A model generated the notes under the pieces. That model had not been told where the DNA came from and ran no database searches. It saw only the letters and a program-made list of their open reading frames with translations. The translations under genes and the position numbers were made by a program. 39,438 bases of DNA. Source: Candidatus Bathyarchaeia archaeon (GTDB lineage: Archaea; Thermoproteota; Bathyarchaeia; Bathyarchaeales; Bathycorpusculaceae). Shown one piece after another: positions 1 to 8,798 of this stretch. Where the stretch lies: NCBI GenBank assembly GCA_038882655.1, contig JAVZNT010000008.1:1-39438 (forward strand), in the 5' to 3' direction. Numbering within the stretch: the first letter of the stretch is position 1; every line of letters begins with the position of its first letter.

Positions 1-519
<519 letters not shown>

Positions 520-583
520 AAGCCAAGAGCCGGAAAGCCGACTGGAGGAGAAAGCCGGATCCACATGCCAAAGCCCATTCGTC

Positions 584-589
584 TTTTTT
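584..589 (+). terminator. Candidate oligo-T terminator after the 16S trailer
   Basis: T6 tract about 65 nt after the 16S end, followed by AT-rich non-rRNA sequence. Confidence 0.4.
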
Positions 590-749
590 CAGCCTTTTAG
601 CGTCAATTTCAGTACTGGCGCGAACTGCAAAATTGATAGCTCTCTGGTTTCTGCTGCATTGTCAATTTATCCAAACCGAAATTTCAGAAATTGGTCCTTA
701 AGTTTGAGGGAGAAAAACTTTAACCCCAAGATTTCGATTAAATTTCAAC

Positions 750-1102
750 ATGGGTAAGATTGGGTGAAATAACTAGAGCCTTTGAATTTTTCCTAGGGAT
801 ATCACATATTGTTTTAGGTTATGGCTGGCATCTCTTGGTTTTTGGGATTATGGCTGTCTTTTGTTTTGTATCGGCGTGTTGTGGATAATCACCGCTATCT
901 TTTACGACACAGACAAGTTCAGGGAACTTGATGAAGAGATCAGAAAAAATTTGTGTTGCTAAATGTTATTTCTTTTCTCCTTGGCATAGTCATCGGTTTT
1001 TCAATTTGCGGAATTCGGGGAGCAGCATACGGCGCAATTATAGGCCTTCTTTTCACTACGGTAATAGGCGTTATTTATTTTCTCTTCTTTTCTGAAGTTT
1101 AA
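750..1102 (+). pseudogene. Frameshifted small multi-pass membrane protein (pseudogene or indel errors)
   Basis: Three hydrophobic segments in successive frames (GEITRAFEFFLGISHIVLG / LWLASLGFWDYGCLLFCIGVLWIITAIFYDTDKFRELDEEIRK / FVLLNVISFLLGIVIGFSICGIRGAAYGAIIGLLFTTVIGVIYFLFFSEV*) join into one protein with single-base changes at short homopolymers. Confidence 0.5.
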
Positions 1103-1262
1103 TATAAAAAGTCTGAATAAAAAAGTAAGCGTGTTTGGTTGGAGTTATCAATTTAGGGCTGTGCATCTTCTTAAATTGGATGCCCCTATAATTTTCTCGC
1201 CGAAGTTTTGAAAATGGGCGGTTTGAGTATTCCATTTTCTCTAGCCTCTCCCCTCAGGTTTT

Positions 1263-3323
1263 CTAAGCTTTATTGTCTGCTATTATCATGCCTTTGCAGT
1301 AGGGGATGAGCTCTCGGATCTGTTCTATGGAGGCTTTCAGTATTTTTTCGCTTTTCTCTTTTGTTGCTTTTTCGGCCAAGGCCTTTAAAACTTGTTTTAG
1401 GAGTTGTTTTCCGCTGTTTTCTCCTGGAATGAGGGCCGTGTAAATTTTTGTTTTGGCTTTAACGGCATCTACCGGTCCGCCTATGAAGGAGATTTCGTCG
1501 GCTTCGTTGAATTGGACGCCTATGGCTATTTTTAGGGGTGTGTCGCGCATCCAGTTTCGGGTTCCCGTTATGGTGAAGGCTCCTTTGGGCACGTATTCAC
1601 CCGAAACCCCAGCCTTACTTAGCTGTTCTGGTTTAACCCAATAAACATCCACCGTGGCGAAGCCTTCTCGCCATCCTCTCGAGTGGGCTGCGGCGAATTC
1701 CGCTGCTTCTTGTAAGCACTTTTCTGTTGGCTTCTTGCCGTCAGTCTTAACGACCACAAAGGGGGCGCCGACCACATCCGCGTGAAACACCATGTCTTCT
1801 GGCGCCGTGTACTTTTTTATGAGAACTTCGTTGCTTACGGCGTCTTTTCCAGCCAAAACCAAAAAGCCGTCTGACGATGTGAACCATTTGAACTTTTCAA
1901 ACCATTTGTGGGGTTTAACCTTTCGTTTGGCAAGCTCTTCCATGACTTTTGCTGGTATAGCCTTTCCCAATGCTTCAGCCTCTCTGATCTTGGTTTCTAC
2001 TTCTGAAAGCCGCTTTTTGGTATCTTCTAATGCTACTTTTGCGCCTTCCAGCTTATGCCTTGCGAGCTTTGCCCTTTCATAGAATTTTGCAGCGTTCCAA
2101 AACAGATCCTTTTGAAGGTCTATGTCAAAATGTAAACCGTCAATACATAGGTTAAGAACAATTCTTTGCTTGTCAAAAGATTCAAAAAATATGTATGGTT
2201 TTAAGCCCGCATGTTTTCCAGAAATCACTTCGGAAACTATTTCATCCCACTCTTTCCCAGCTCTTTTCTCACCTATAAACTTGTTTAGAAGTGTTTGGAG
2301 CTCGCTAGAATGGGCGTAAATAGTGTCACCTATCTGCCTATACTTTTCCGCCTTCTGCTCAGCATCCTTTAAGGCTTTCTCCTGATCGACTAAAACCCTT
2401 TTTAGGCGTTCCGCCTCCCGCAAAAACTGTTCTACAGCCTTCTTTTCGGCAGCCGCCTTCTCCAACGCCTCAGTTTTGGCGTAAAACTCGTCTAGGGCTT
2501 CGTTGAAGGTGTTGAAGAGCTGATGCTTTAATCCCTCATAGCGTTTAAGCCTCAATGATGTAACATCTACAAAGGCGCCATCTTCGTCCAGAACTATGCA
2601 TGGTTCAAGTTTCCCCTCCAAGACTTGGGAAAGCATTCTGTGCAAACAGTTGCGGATGGCTTCAACTTGCGACAGGGATAGGCTTTCACTCTTGGCGGTT
2701 TTTTTTATTCCAAGCCTTAGCAATACTTCTTCAGCGTAAACGCCGCCTATGCTTATGAAGCGGGCGAGAGCCCTCACAACTTCAACTTCGCCGAAGCTTT
2801 TCAGACCTTCAAAGAGGGCTCGCACGCTAACTTTTGCTGGGTTTTGTCCGCTTGCTGGGGCGAAGCGGAAGGCTTCGCCTCTAATTATGTTTCTGTCTCG
2901 CATCCGCCTATAACGAAGTGCTTGCACAATCCTGTTTTCGCAATTTACTAGGATTATGTTTCCTTCACCGAAAAGCTCCAAAACAAGCCTAAAATTGCCC
3001 AATTTACCACTAAAATCGAAGAGGACAACCCTCTCAAACTCATACTGTTCAATATTTTTTAGCAAGCTGTTTCTAAGGAACTTTCTTAAAGCCATACAGA
3101 AAGCCGGAGGGACAAGGGGTTTTTCCAACGCGTAAGAGGTTAGGTTTAGACGTTTTCCAGCCTCTAAAACAAGCCTATAAACAGTTTCGCCGCGTCGCAG
3201 CTTAAAAAGCAATGTTTTGTCATTCAACTGGTAAATGTTGCCCACCCTAAAGTTTAGAATAGCCTCTCTTAACTCGCGGACAGCGGCGGCCACATCGAAG
3301 CTCGTGAACTCCTCTTTCCGCAA
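1263..3323 (-). CDS. rqcH: Ribosome quality control protein Rqc2/NEMF (NFACT family)
   Basis: 686 aa; NFACT-N motifs (FCMALRK, FERVV, ELFGEGNIIL), coiled coil, and NFACT-R motifs (WFEKFKWF..SDGFLVLAGKDA..NE, FHAD, GEYVPKGAF). Confidence 0.95.
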   Translation of the reverse strand: MRKEEFTSFDVAAAVRELREAILNFRVGNIYQLNDKTLLFKLRRGETVYRLVLEAGKRLNLTSYALEKPLVPPAFCMALRKFLRNSLLKNIEQYEFERVVLFDFSGKLGNFRLVLELFGEGNIILVNCENRIVQALRYRRMRDRNIIRGEAFRFAPASGQNPAKVSVRALFEGLKSFGEVEVVRALARFISIGGVYAEEVLLRLGIKKTAKSESLSLSQVEAIRNCLHRMLSQVLEGKLEPCIVLDEDGAFVDVTSLRLKRYEGLKHQLFNTFNEALDEFYAKTEALEKAAAEKKAVEQFLREAERLKRVLVDQEKALKDAEQKAEKYRQIGDTIYAHSSELQTLLNKFIGEKRAGKEWDEIVSEVISGKHAGLKPYIFFESFDKQRIVLNLCIDGLHFDIDLQKDLFWNAAKFYERAKLARHKLEGAKVALEDTKKRLSEVETKIREAEALGKAIPAKVMEELAKRKVKPHKWFEKFKWFTSSDGFLVLAGKDAVSNEVLIKKYTAPEDMVFHADVVGAPFVVVKTDGKKPTEKCLQEAAEFAAAHSRGWREGFATVDVYWVKPEQLSKAGVSGEYVPKGAFTITGTRNWMRDTPLKIAIGVQFNEADEISFIGGPVDAVKAKTKIYTALIPGENSGKQLLKQVLKALAEKATKEKSEKILKASIEQIRELIPYCKGMIIADNKA

Positions 3324-3406
3324 TTTTTAAACCTCTCTTACTGAGGTGGTGGGTTAAGCTATAAATAGGCAGCTTTAAATTTAAGCAGTGTTAGAAGCTG
3401 AAGGCG

Positions 3407-3727
3407 TTGAAGAAAATGGGGCCTCTTAAAACATTGTACTGGTTAAGGTTTGTCCTCGGGATGGTAGCAGCCATTGTCTGCTTCGGATATGGGTGGGCTT
3501 TAGACAGGTTTAGCACCGGACAAGACGTAGTCATTTTGTTGAATGGCATATCTTTAGCGTTAATTGTTTACATCTTATCCTATTATGCGATTAGACCAAA
3601 ATTTATACTCAAAGTGGAGAAACCTCAAAAAGTCTTCACAACGGGGATTGGCATTTACTTCCTTTCATGGCTTGTGTTTTGGGTGCTCCTATACACGGTG
3701 GCACTTTGGTTGTTAGGGCGCATTTAG
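3407..3727 (+). CDS. EMC6/Rab5ip-like three-TM membrane protein
   Basis: 106 aa with three hydrophobic segments; C-terminal KVFTTGIGIYFLSWLVFWVLLY resembles the EMC6 C-terminal helix. Confidence 0.7.
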   Translation: MKKMGPLKTLYWLRFVLGMVAAIVCFGYGWALDRFSTGQDVVILLNGISLALIVYILSYYAIRPKFILKVEKPQKVFTTGIGIYFLSWLVFWVLLYTVALWLLGRI

Positions 3728-3732
3728 AATTT

Positions 3733-4209
3733 TCAGTCTATGAAGTCTTCTATGGTTGCTTGATTCTTGTCTTCAAGGAGTTTTCTTGCTGCCTCCTTTT
3801 CCAAAGAGGTATTTTTGTTTTCCGCGGCATTAACAATGTTTAGTTTGCTTGCCACACGGGTGAAGTCTGCCCATGCTGCGAAGAATCCGCGGTCGAAGTC
3901 GCCGTGAAGCCTATTCTTCAAATGGTTTAAGAACTCCCGTCTAAAGCCTTGTAGGGCTTCTTTGTCAAATATATCTAGTTTTGAAAAGAAGGCGTAAGAA
4001 TCGTTATTATTGGAGCGTCTTACAAGAAGCATTCCATATAAGGCTCTGAAATATCCCCTGTTCCACTCTGTTTTCTGCATTTTTTGTTTAAGCCTTTCCA
4101 ATTCGCGTTCCGCTTCGGCAAACTGTTTGTTGAGGATTAGCTGGAAAAACCTTGTGACTAAGGCTTGGGGCACGGGCATTTCAGCGACCACTGGACTTGG
4201 CTTTTTCAT
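3733..4209 (-). CDS. Hypothetical helical protein overlapping the radA 3' end
   Basis: 158-aa ORF on the radA strand, overlapping it by 29 nt; repeated RG(Y/F)F motif ([18 protein letters not shown]). Confidence 0.7.
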   Translation of the reverse strand: MKKPSPVVAEMPVPQALVTRFFQLILNKQFAEAERELERLKQKMQKTEWNRGYFRALYGMLLVRRSNNNDSYAFFSKLDIFDKEALQGFRREFLNHLKNRLHGDFDRGFFAAWADFTRVASKLNIVNAAENKNTSLEKEAARKLLEDKNQATIEDFID

Positions 4210-5188
4210 CTTCGGAAATGTCCTCTATACCATTCTCTGTTATTTTAAAGATTTCCTCCCCCTCTGGCAGGTATGGACTTGAAACTAGGCGGGCTATGCG
4301 CACAGGACCATGAGAAGTCCTTCTTAGGTATATGCGCGTGTGGCTTGTATGCCCAACAATGTGTCCGCCAACTGGGTGGATGGCGTCTCCGAAGAACATG
4401 TCCGGCTTAGCCATAACTTGATTTGTCACCACGGCAACGGCGTTAAAGGCTCTCGCCAAACGTATTAGCTTGTGCATGTGCTTATTGAGTTTCTGTTGTC
4501 TCGCGGCGAGCATTTCCCGTCCGAGATATTCGCTTCTAAAATGCGCCGTTAAGGAGTCAACTATGATGAGCTTGACGTTGTTTTCCTTTATCACTTCATC
4601 AGCGTTTTCCAGAAGGAACATTTGATGGTCAGAGGTGTAGGCTTCCGCATAAATAATGTTCTTAACAACATTTTGCGGGTCAAGTCCCAAGTGGCGAGCC
4701 ATCTGCACTATACGCTCTGTTCTAAAGGTGTTTTCAGTGTCAATGTATAATGCGGCGCCGTCAAGCCCGCCCCGCTCAGGAGGAAGCTGCACATTCACGC
4801 ATAGCTGGTGGCAGATTTGGCTTTTTCCACTCCCATATTCACCGTAAAACTCTGTGATGGCTTGCGTTTCTAAGCCGCCGTCCAAAAGCTTGTCTAGGGC
4901 TTTGCTTCCAGTAGTGAGCCTCAAAACGTTTTGACGCATTTTCAAAAGTTCATCAGCGCGGATAAAAGCTATGCCAATTGAAGAGCGAGCAGCACTTATC
5001 ATGGCTAAAGCCTTTTTCTCGCTTATGCCGGCTGGCTCAAGCTCGCGAACCGTCGCCATGGCAAGAGACTCAACCGTGTGGAAGCCCAGCTCCCTCAACT
5101 TCTGAGCTGTTGATGGACCAATCCCAGGAAGGTCTTCAAGGGTTTCGTATCGTGGTTTTTCTGCACCTTCGCTTTCTTCCCCGGACAT
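4181..5188 (-). CDS. radA: DNA repair and recombination protein RadA
   Basis: N-terminal HhH (LEDLPGIGP), Walker [36 protein letters not shown]. Confidence 0.98.
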   Translation of the reverse strand: MSGEESEGAEKPRYETLEDLPGIGPSTAQKLRELGFHTVESLAMATVRELEPAGISEKKALAMISAARSSIGIAFIRADELLKMRQNVLRLTTGSKALDKLLDGGLETQAITEFYGEYGSGKSQICHQLCVNVQLPPERGGLDGAALYIDTENTFRTERIVQMARHLGLDPQNVVKNIIYAEAYTSDHQMFLLENADEVIKENNVKLIIVDSLTAHFRSEYLGREMLAARQQKLNKHMHKLIRLARAFNAVAVVTNQVMAKPDMFFGDAIHPVGGHIVGHTSHTRIYLRRTSHGPVRIARLVSSPYLPEGEEIFKITENGIEDISEDEKAKSSGR

Positions 5189-5379
5189 AAACGTTCCCGT
5201 GTGAGTTTTATTTCTGGCAGTATTTAAAGCAAACGAGAAATAATGTCTTCCAATACGTGGAGAGATGAGTTAAAGTGAAGAGACTTCACGTTTGAAAACT
5301 CCAAAACCTTTGGAAACTTTTTTATAAACTGTGCATAAGAGAAGGTCTCGCCGAAAGCATAACATTTGAGGGAGAAAAC

Positions 5380-6264
5380 TTGGAAATAGCCAAAATTGTT
5401 GAAGACGTGGCTTTTAACCTTCTGAAACAAGCTGTCATATACCTTCCTGAAGACGTGAAAAAAGCCTTGAAGAAGGCTTATGTAGAAGAAACAAGCGAAA
5501 CTGGGAAAACCCAGTTGAAGGCTATACTAGACAACATAGAGTTGGCTGAAAAGTATAAGGCGCCAGTGTGCCAAGACACGGGCACAATAATATTCTATGC
5601 CCAAGCGGGAGCAGAAGTTAAAAACCTTGACAAAATAGAGGAAGCCCTCATCAGAGCGACAAGAAGGGCCACAAAAGAAATTCCATTGAGGCCTAATGCT
5701 GTAGACCCCTTCACCCAGAAGAATAGCGGAGATAACACTGGAAAATTCATACCCTCCATAAACTGGGAAATAGTGTCCGGCGACACTCTTGAATTGACGG
5801 TTATGACGAAGGGCGGAGGCTCAGAAAACGTCTGCCTAACTGGAATGCTTGTGCCTGGCGAAGGCATCAACGGACTGAAAAAGTTTGTAATAGACGCCGT
5901 AATAAAGGCTGGAGCCCAACCTTGCCCACCAACAATTTTGGGGGTTGCCATGGGCGGAGGAGCAGACATAGCCATGAAACTTGCCAAAAAAGCTCTTTTG
6001 AGACCGTTGGACCAGCCCAGTCTCAATCCGGAGATAGCGAAACTTGAAAAAGAGCTTTACGAAGCCGCTAATATGACTGGAATAGGCCCGATGGGTTTGG
6101 GCGGCAAAACAACAGTTTTGGGTGTGCATGTTGAATACGCTTTTAGGCATCCAGCCTCGTTTCCGGCGGCGGTTGCCTTCAACTGTTGGGCTGCCAGAAG
6201 AGCCACAGCAAGAATCCACGCAGATGGAACAGTTGAATATTTAACCCATAAAGGTTTAGTGTGA
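5380..6264 (+). CDS. Class I Fe-S fumarate hydratase/tartrate dehydratase, alpha subunit
   Basis: CQDTG, KGGGSEN, CPP, GIGPMGLGG and NCWA motifs. Confidence 0.93.
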   Translation: MEIAKIVEDVAFNLLKQAVIYLPEDVKKALKKAYVEETSETGKTQLKAILDNIELAEKYKAPVCQDTGTIIFYAQAGAEVKNLDKIEEALIRATRRATKEIPLRPNAVDPFTQKNSGDNTGKFIPSINWEIVSGDTLELTVMTKGGGSENVCLTGMLVPGEGINGLKKFVIDAVIKAGAQPCPPTILGVAMGGGADIAMKLAKKALLRPLDQPSLNPEIAKLEKELYEAANMTGIGPMGLGGKTTVLGVHVEYAFRHPASFPAAVAFNCWAARRATARIHADGTVEYLTHKGLV

Positions 6265-6276
6265 GGTGAGAGAGAA

Positions 6277-6882
6277 ATGGCAGTTTACCATCTTAAAACA
6301 CCCATGTCAGAAGGGGAAATCCGCAAACTGAAGGTCAACGATGTCATCTACATAACTGGAACTATAGTCACGGCGAGAGACCAAGCCCACAGGCGAGCCC
6401 TAGAATACTTTAAACAAGGGAAACCTCTGCCCATAAATCTTGAGGGATTGGCGGTTTTCCACTGCGGGCCAGTGGTAAGCAAGGAAGGCGATAAATGGGT
6501 TGCCGTTGCTGCGGGTCCAACAACAAGCACAAGGATGGACATCTTCGAAGACGAGTTTATCAAAAACTTCAAGGTCCGAGTTGTAATTGGCAAGGGTGGA
6601 ATGGGTAAAAGGACGACGGATGCCATGGCAAAATACGGAGCCGTTTATGGAGCTTTCACTGGCGGAGCGGCAATATTGGCGGCTAAAGCCATAAAGAATG
6701 TTAGGGGTGTTGAGTGGCTTGACCTTGGCACACCGGAAGCTTTATGGATTTTTGAAGTTGAAGACTTTGGACCATTAACCGTTGCCATAGACTCGCATGG
6801 AAACAACCTCTTCACGGACGTGGCAAAAACCGTCGAGGAAAACAGGAAAAGGATTTATGGGAAACTGGGGCTGCCGCTCTAA
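6277..6882 (+). CDS. Class I Fe-S fumarate hydratase/tartrate dehydratase, beta subunit
   Basis: TARDQAH, GPTTSTRM, IGKGG, FGPL.VAIDSHG; SD GAGGTG upstream; follows the alpha subunit. Confidence 0.93.
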   Translation: MAVYHLKTPMSEGEIRKLKVNDVIYITGTIVTARDQAHRRALEYFKQGKPLPINLEGLAVFHCGPVVSKEGDKWVAVAAGPTTSTRMDIFEDEFIKNFKVRVVIGKGGMGKRTTDAMAKYGAVYGAFTGGAAILAAKAIKNVRGVEWLDLGTPEALWIFEVEDFGPLTVAIDSHGNNLFTDVAKTVEENRKRIYGKLGLPL

Positions 6883-6909
6883 CCTTCCATATTTTTTTAA
6901 TTGCGGCGG

Positions 6910-7386
6910 TTATAGTTCTTTGCTCATTACGTAGGCGTCTTCGCCGTCTGAATAGTAGCCGTGAATTGTCCTCGTAACCTTAAAGCCCAGTTTCTTGTAT
7001 AGGCTTATGGCTGGCATGTTGGAAACCCTCACTTCTAAGAAGGCTTGTTTAGCGTTGTATAGGCGCATTCCATCCATCGCTTTTGTCACCAAAGCCTCAC
7101 CTATGCCCCTATGCCTATGCTCCGGCATGACAGCGATGGAAACAATGTGCCCCTTCTTTATGAAGCCACTGAAGCCAAAGTTTGACAAGCCTAACTCGAT
7201 GCGACACATCACATAGCCAACAATCTCGCCGTTCCCTTCAGCCACTATGAAGGTCTCTGGAAAACGATTGTACAAGTCTATGAAAAAGTAGTCTCCGTAA
7301 TTTTCCGGTAAGCAAACACGGTTAATATACATCACGCGTTCAAGGTCTTTTGGCGTAAACTTCCGCAGTGTATACGTCTGCTGCAA
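6910..7386 (-). CDS. rimI: Ard1/RimI N-terminal acetyltransferase
   Basis: LPENY, GHIVSIAV..HRHRGIG, LEVRVSN..AI.LY, YYSDGEDAY. Confidence 0.93.
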   Translation of the reverse strand: MQQTYTLRKFTPKDLERVMYINRVCLPENYGDYFFIDLYNRFPETFIVAEGNGEIVGYVMCRIELGLSNFGFSGFIKKGHIVSIAVMPEHRHRGIGEALVTKAMDGMRLYNAKQAFLEVRVSNMPAISLYKKLGFKVTRTIHGYYSDGEDAYVMSKEL

Positions 7387-7483
7387 GCCCCTTTTACTCC
7401 CATAGTTTTAAATGACTTTCCGTAAGGCCTATGGTTAGGTTTGCATTCTTACTTTAAAGTTTTTCCGAAATAAACTCAGCATT

Positions 7484-8779
7484 TTATTCGCTTATCTTAA
7501 CCTCCGGAAGCGTGAGGTTTCCGTAGGGCATTACCCAAACCTTCGCGCTTTCTCCAGCGATCTTAAATGCCTCGTTAAGGGCTTCGTTGACCGTTTGCGC
7601 CGTCTTAAGCCTAAAAACGTTTGTGGCGTAGTAGTCCGGCATGGCTGAGACAAGAATTATTTGGGCTTTCTGCAATGCCCTCATTAAATAGTAGGCTTTA
7701 TGCCCACCCAAAACAAAGTTGCGTTTAATCTCTCTTTCCACAGCTTTTAAATCCTTAAATTTAACCATCCAATCGTAAAATACTTGGTTTCCATGCCCCT
7801 CTTGGCATTCAGCCGCCAAAATTATGACGCCACCCCTTTTAACGACTTCCAAAGCGCTGTCAATACCCTTGTAGGCTTGGAAAAGGTTCACGTCAAATGG
7901 CTGTCCGCCGGCACTTACGACGACGATGTCGACTCTTCGGTCTACGGGTATGCGGTACATCTCATCAACAAGCTTAACGCCCTCATGGAAGGCTTGCTCC
8001 AAGTTGCCGGCAAAAGCCCTCACAACCTCACCCTTGCTATTAACCACAACATTGAGGATGAAGTCAACCTTCGCCATTTTCGCAGCTTCAACCATATCCT
8101 CATGAACCGGGTTTCCATCTAAAACACCGGTTTTGGCATTTGGGTGCAAGAGCATGGCATGGTTAGCCTTAATTGTCTCTTCGCCAACGACTCCAGGCAA
8201 GACACTTTTTCTACCGCCGCCATAACCAGCATAGTAATGGAAGCACACATGGCCAGTCAAAATTTTCAGGTCAGCCTCTGCGAAAACACGGTTCAAATAA
8301 ACCTTTGTGCCATACTTAGGCGTGGTGCCTACGTAAACAAGGTCTGGGGAGGCTTTGCAGTCGTGGCTTATAGCTTTAACACGTTTTAGGACGCCTTCAC
8401 CTAAAAGTCTAACAGCCTCCTCGCTGGTGACCGCCCTATGCGCTCCACAACCAAAAATAACCGTCACATCTTCATCCTTGACGCCAGCGCTGTTCAGCTC
8501 ATCAAGAAGCGGAGGAACCATGACATGGCTTGGAGCCATCCCCATCACGTCATCAACAACAATAGCCACTTTGTGCCCTGGCTTGGCGATTTCGCTTAAT
8601 CGCCTTGAGCTGATCGGCTCTTTTAAGGCTCTTTCAACCTCCGCTCGCGCGTCCGGAACGCCAGACTTATCTCTAGGCTCAATAGAACCTAAAAAATTAC
8701 GAGCTGGAACGCGGAGGCAAACCTCGGTCTTTCCATAAGGGAGCCAAACATCAACCATAGCGTTTTCACCGACAACCAT
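7484..8779 (-). CDS. larA: Nickel-pincer-dependent lactate racemase family protein (probable start 8758)
   Basis: LPYG, GAHR, FHYYAGYGGGRKSVLPG, NH, NLFQAYK; SD GGTGA lies 7 nt before the second ATG at 8758. Confidence 0.9.
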   Translation of the reverse strand: MVVGENAMVDVWLPYGKTEVCLRVPARNFLGSIEPRDKSGVPDARAEVERALKEPISSRRLSEIAKPGHKVAIVVDDVMGMAPSHVMVPPLLDELNSAGVKDEDVTVIFGCGAHRAVTSEEAVRLLGEGVLKRVKAISHDCKASPDLVYVGTTPKYGTKVYLNRVFAEADLKILTGHVCFHYYAGYGGGRKSVLPGVVGEETIKANHAMLLHPNAKTGVLDGNPVHEDMVEAAKMAKVDFILNVVVNSKGEVVRAFAGNLEQAFHEGVKLVDEMYRIPVDRRVDIVVVSAGGQPFDVNLFQAYKGIDSALEVVKRGGVIILAAECQEGHGNQVFYDWMVKFKDLKAVEREIKRNFVLGGHKAYYLMRALQKAQIILVSAMPDYYATNVFRLKTAQTVNEALNEAFKIAGESAKVWVMPYGNLTLPEVKISE

Positions 8780-8781
8780 TC

Positions 8782-8798
8782 ATTTTATTTACGCTTCC
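8782..8798 (-). repeat. Left 17-bp inverted repeat ATTTTATTTACGCTTCC (overlaps integrase stop)
   Basis: Exact reverse complement of 11271-11287. Confidence 0.9.

Noticed and set aside
5189-5379. Short hairpins between radA and fumarase (GTGAAG/CTTCAC, TCCAAA/TTTGGA) as an ncRNA
   Set aside because: 6-bp stems are expected by chance; no C/D or H/ACA box pair recognised.
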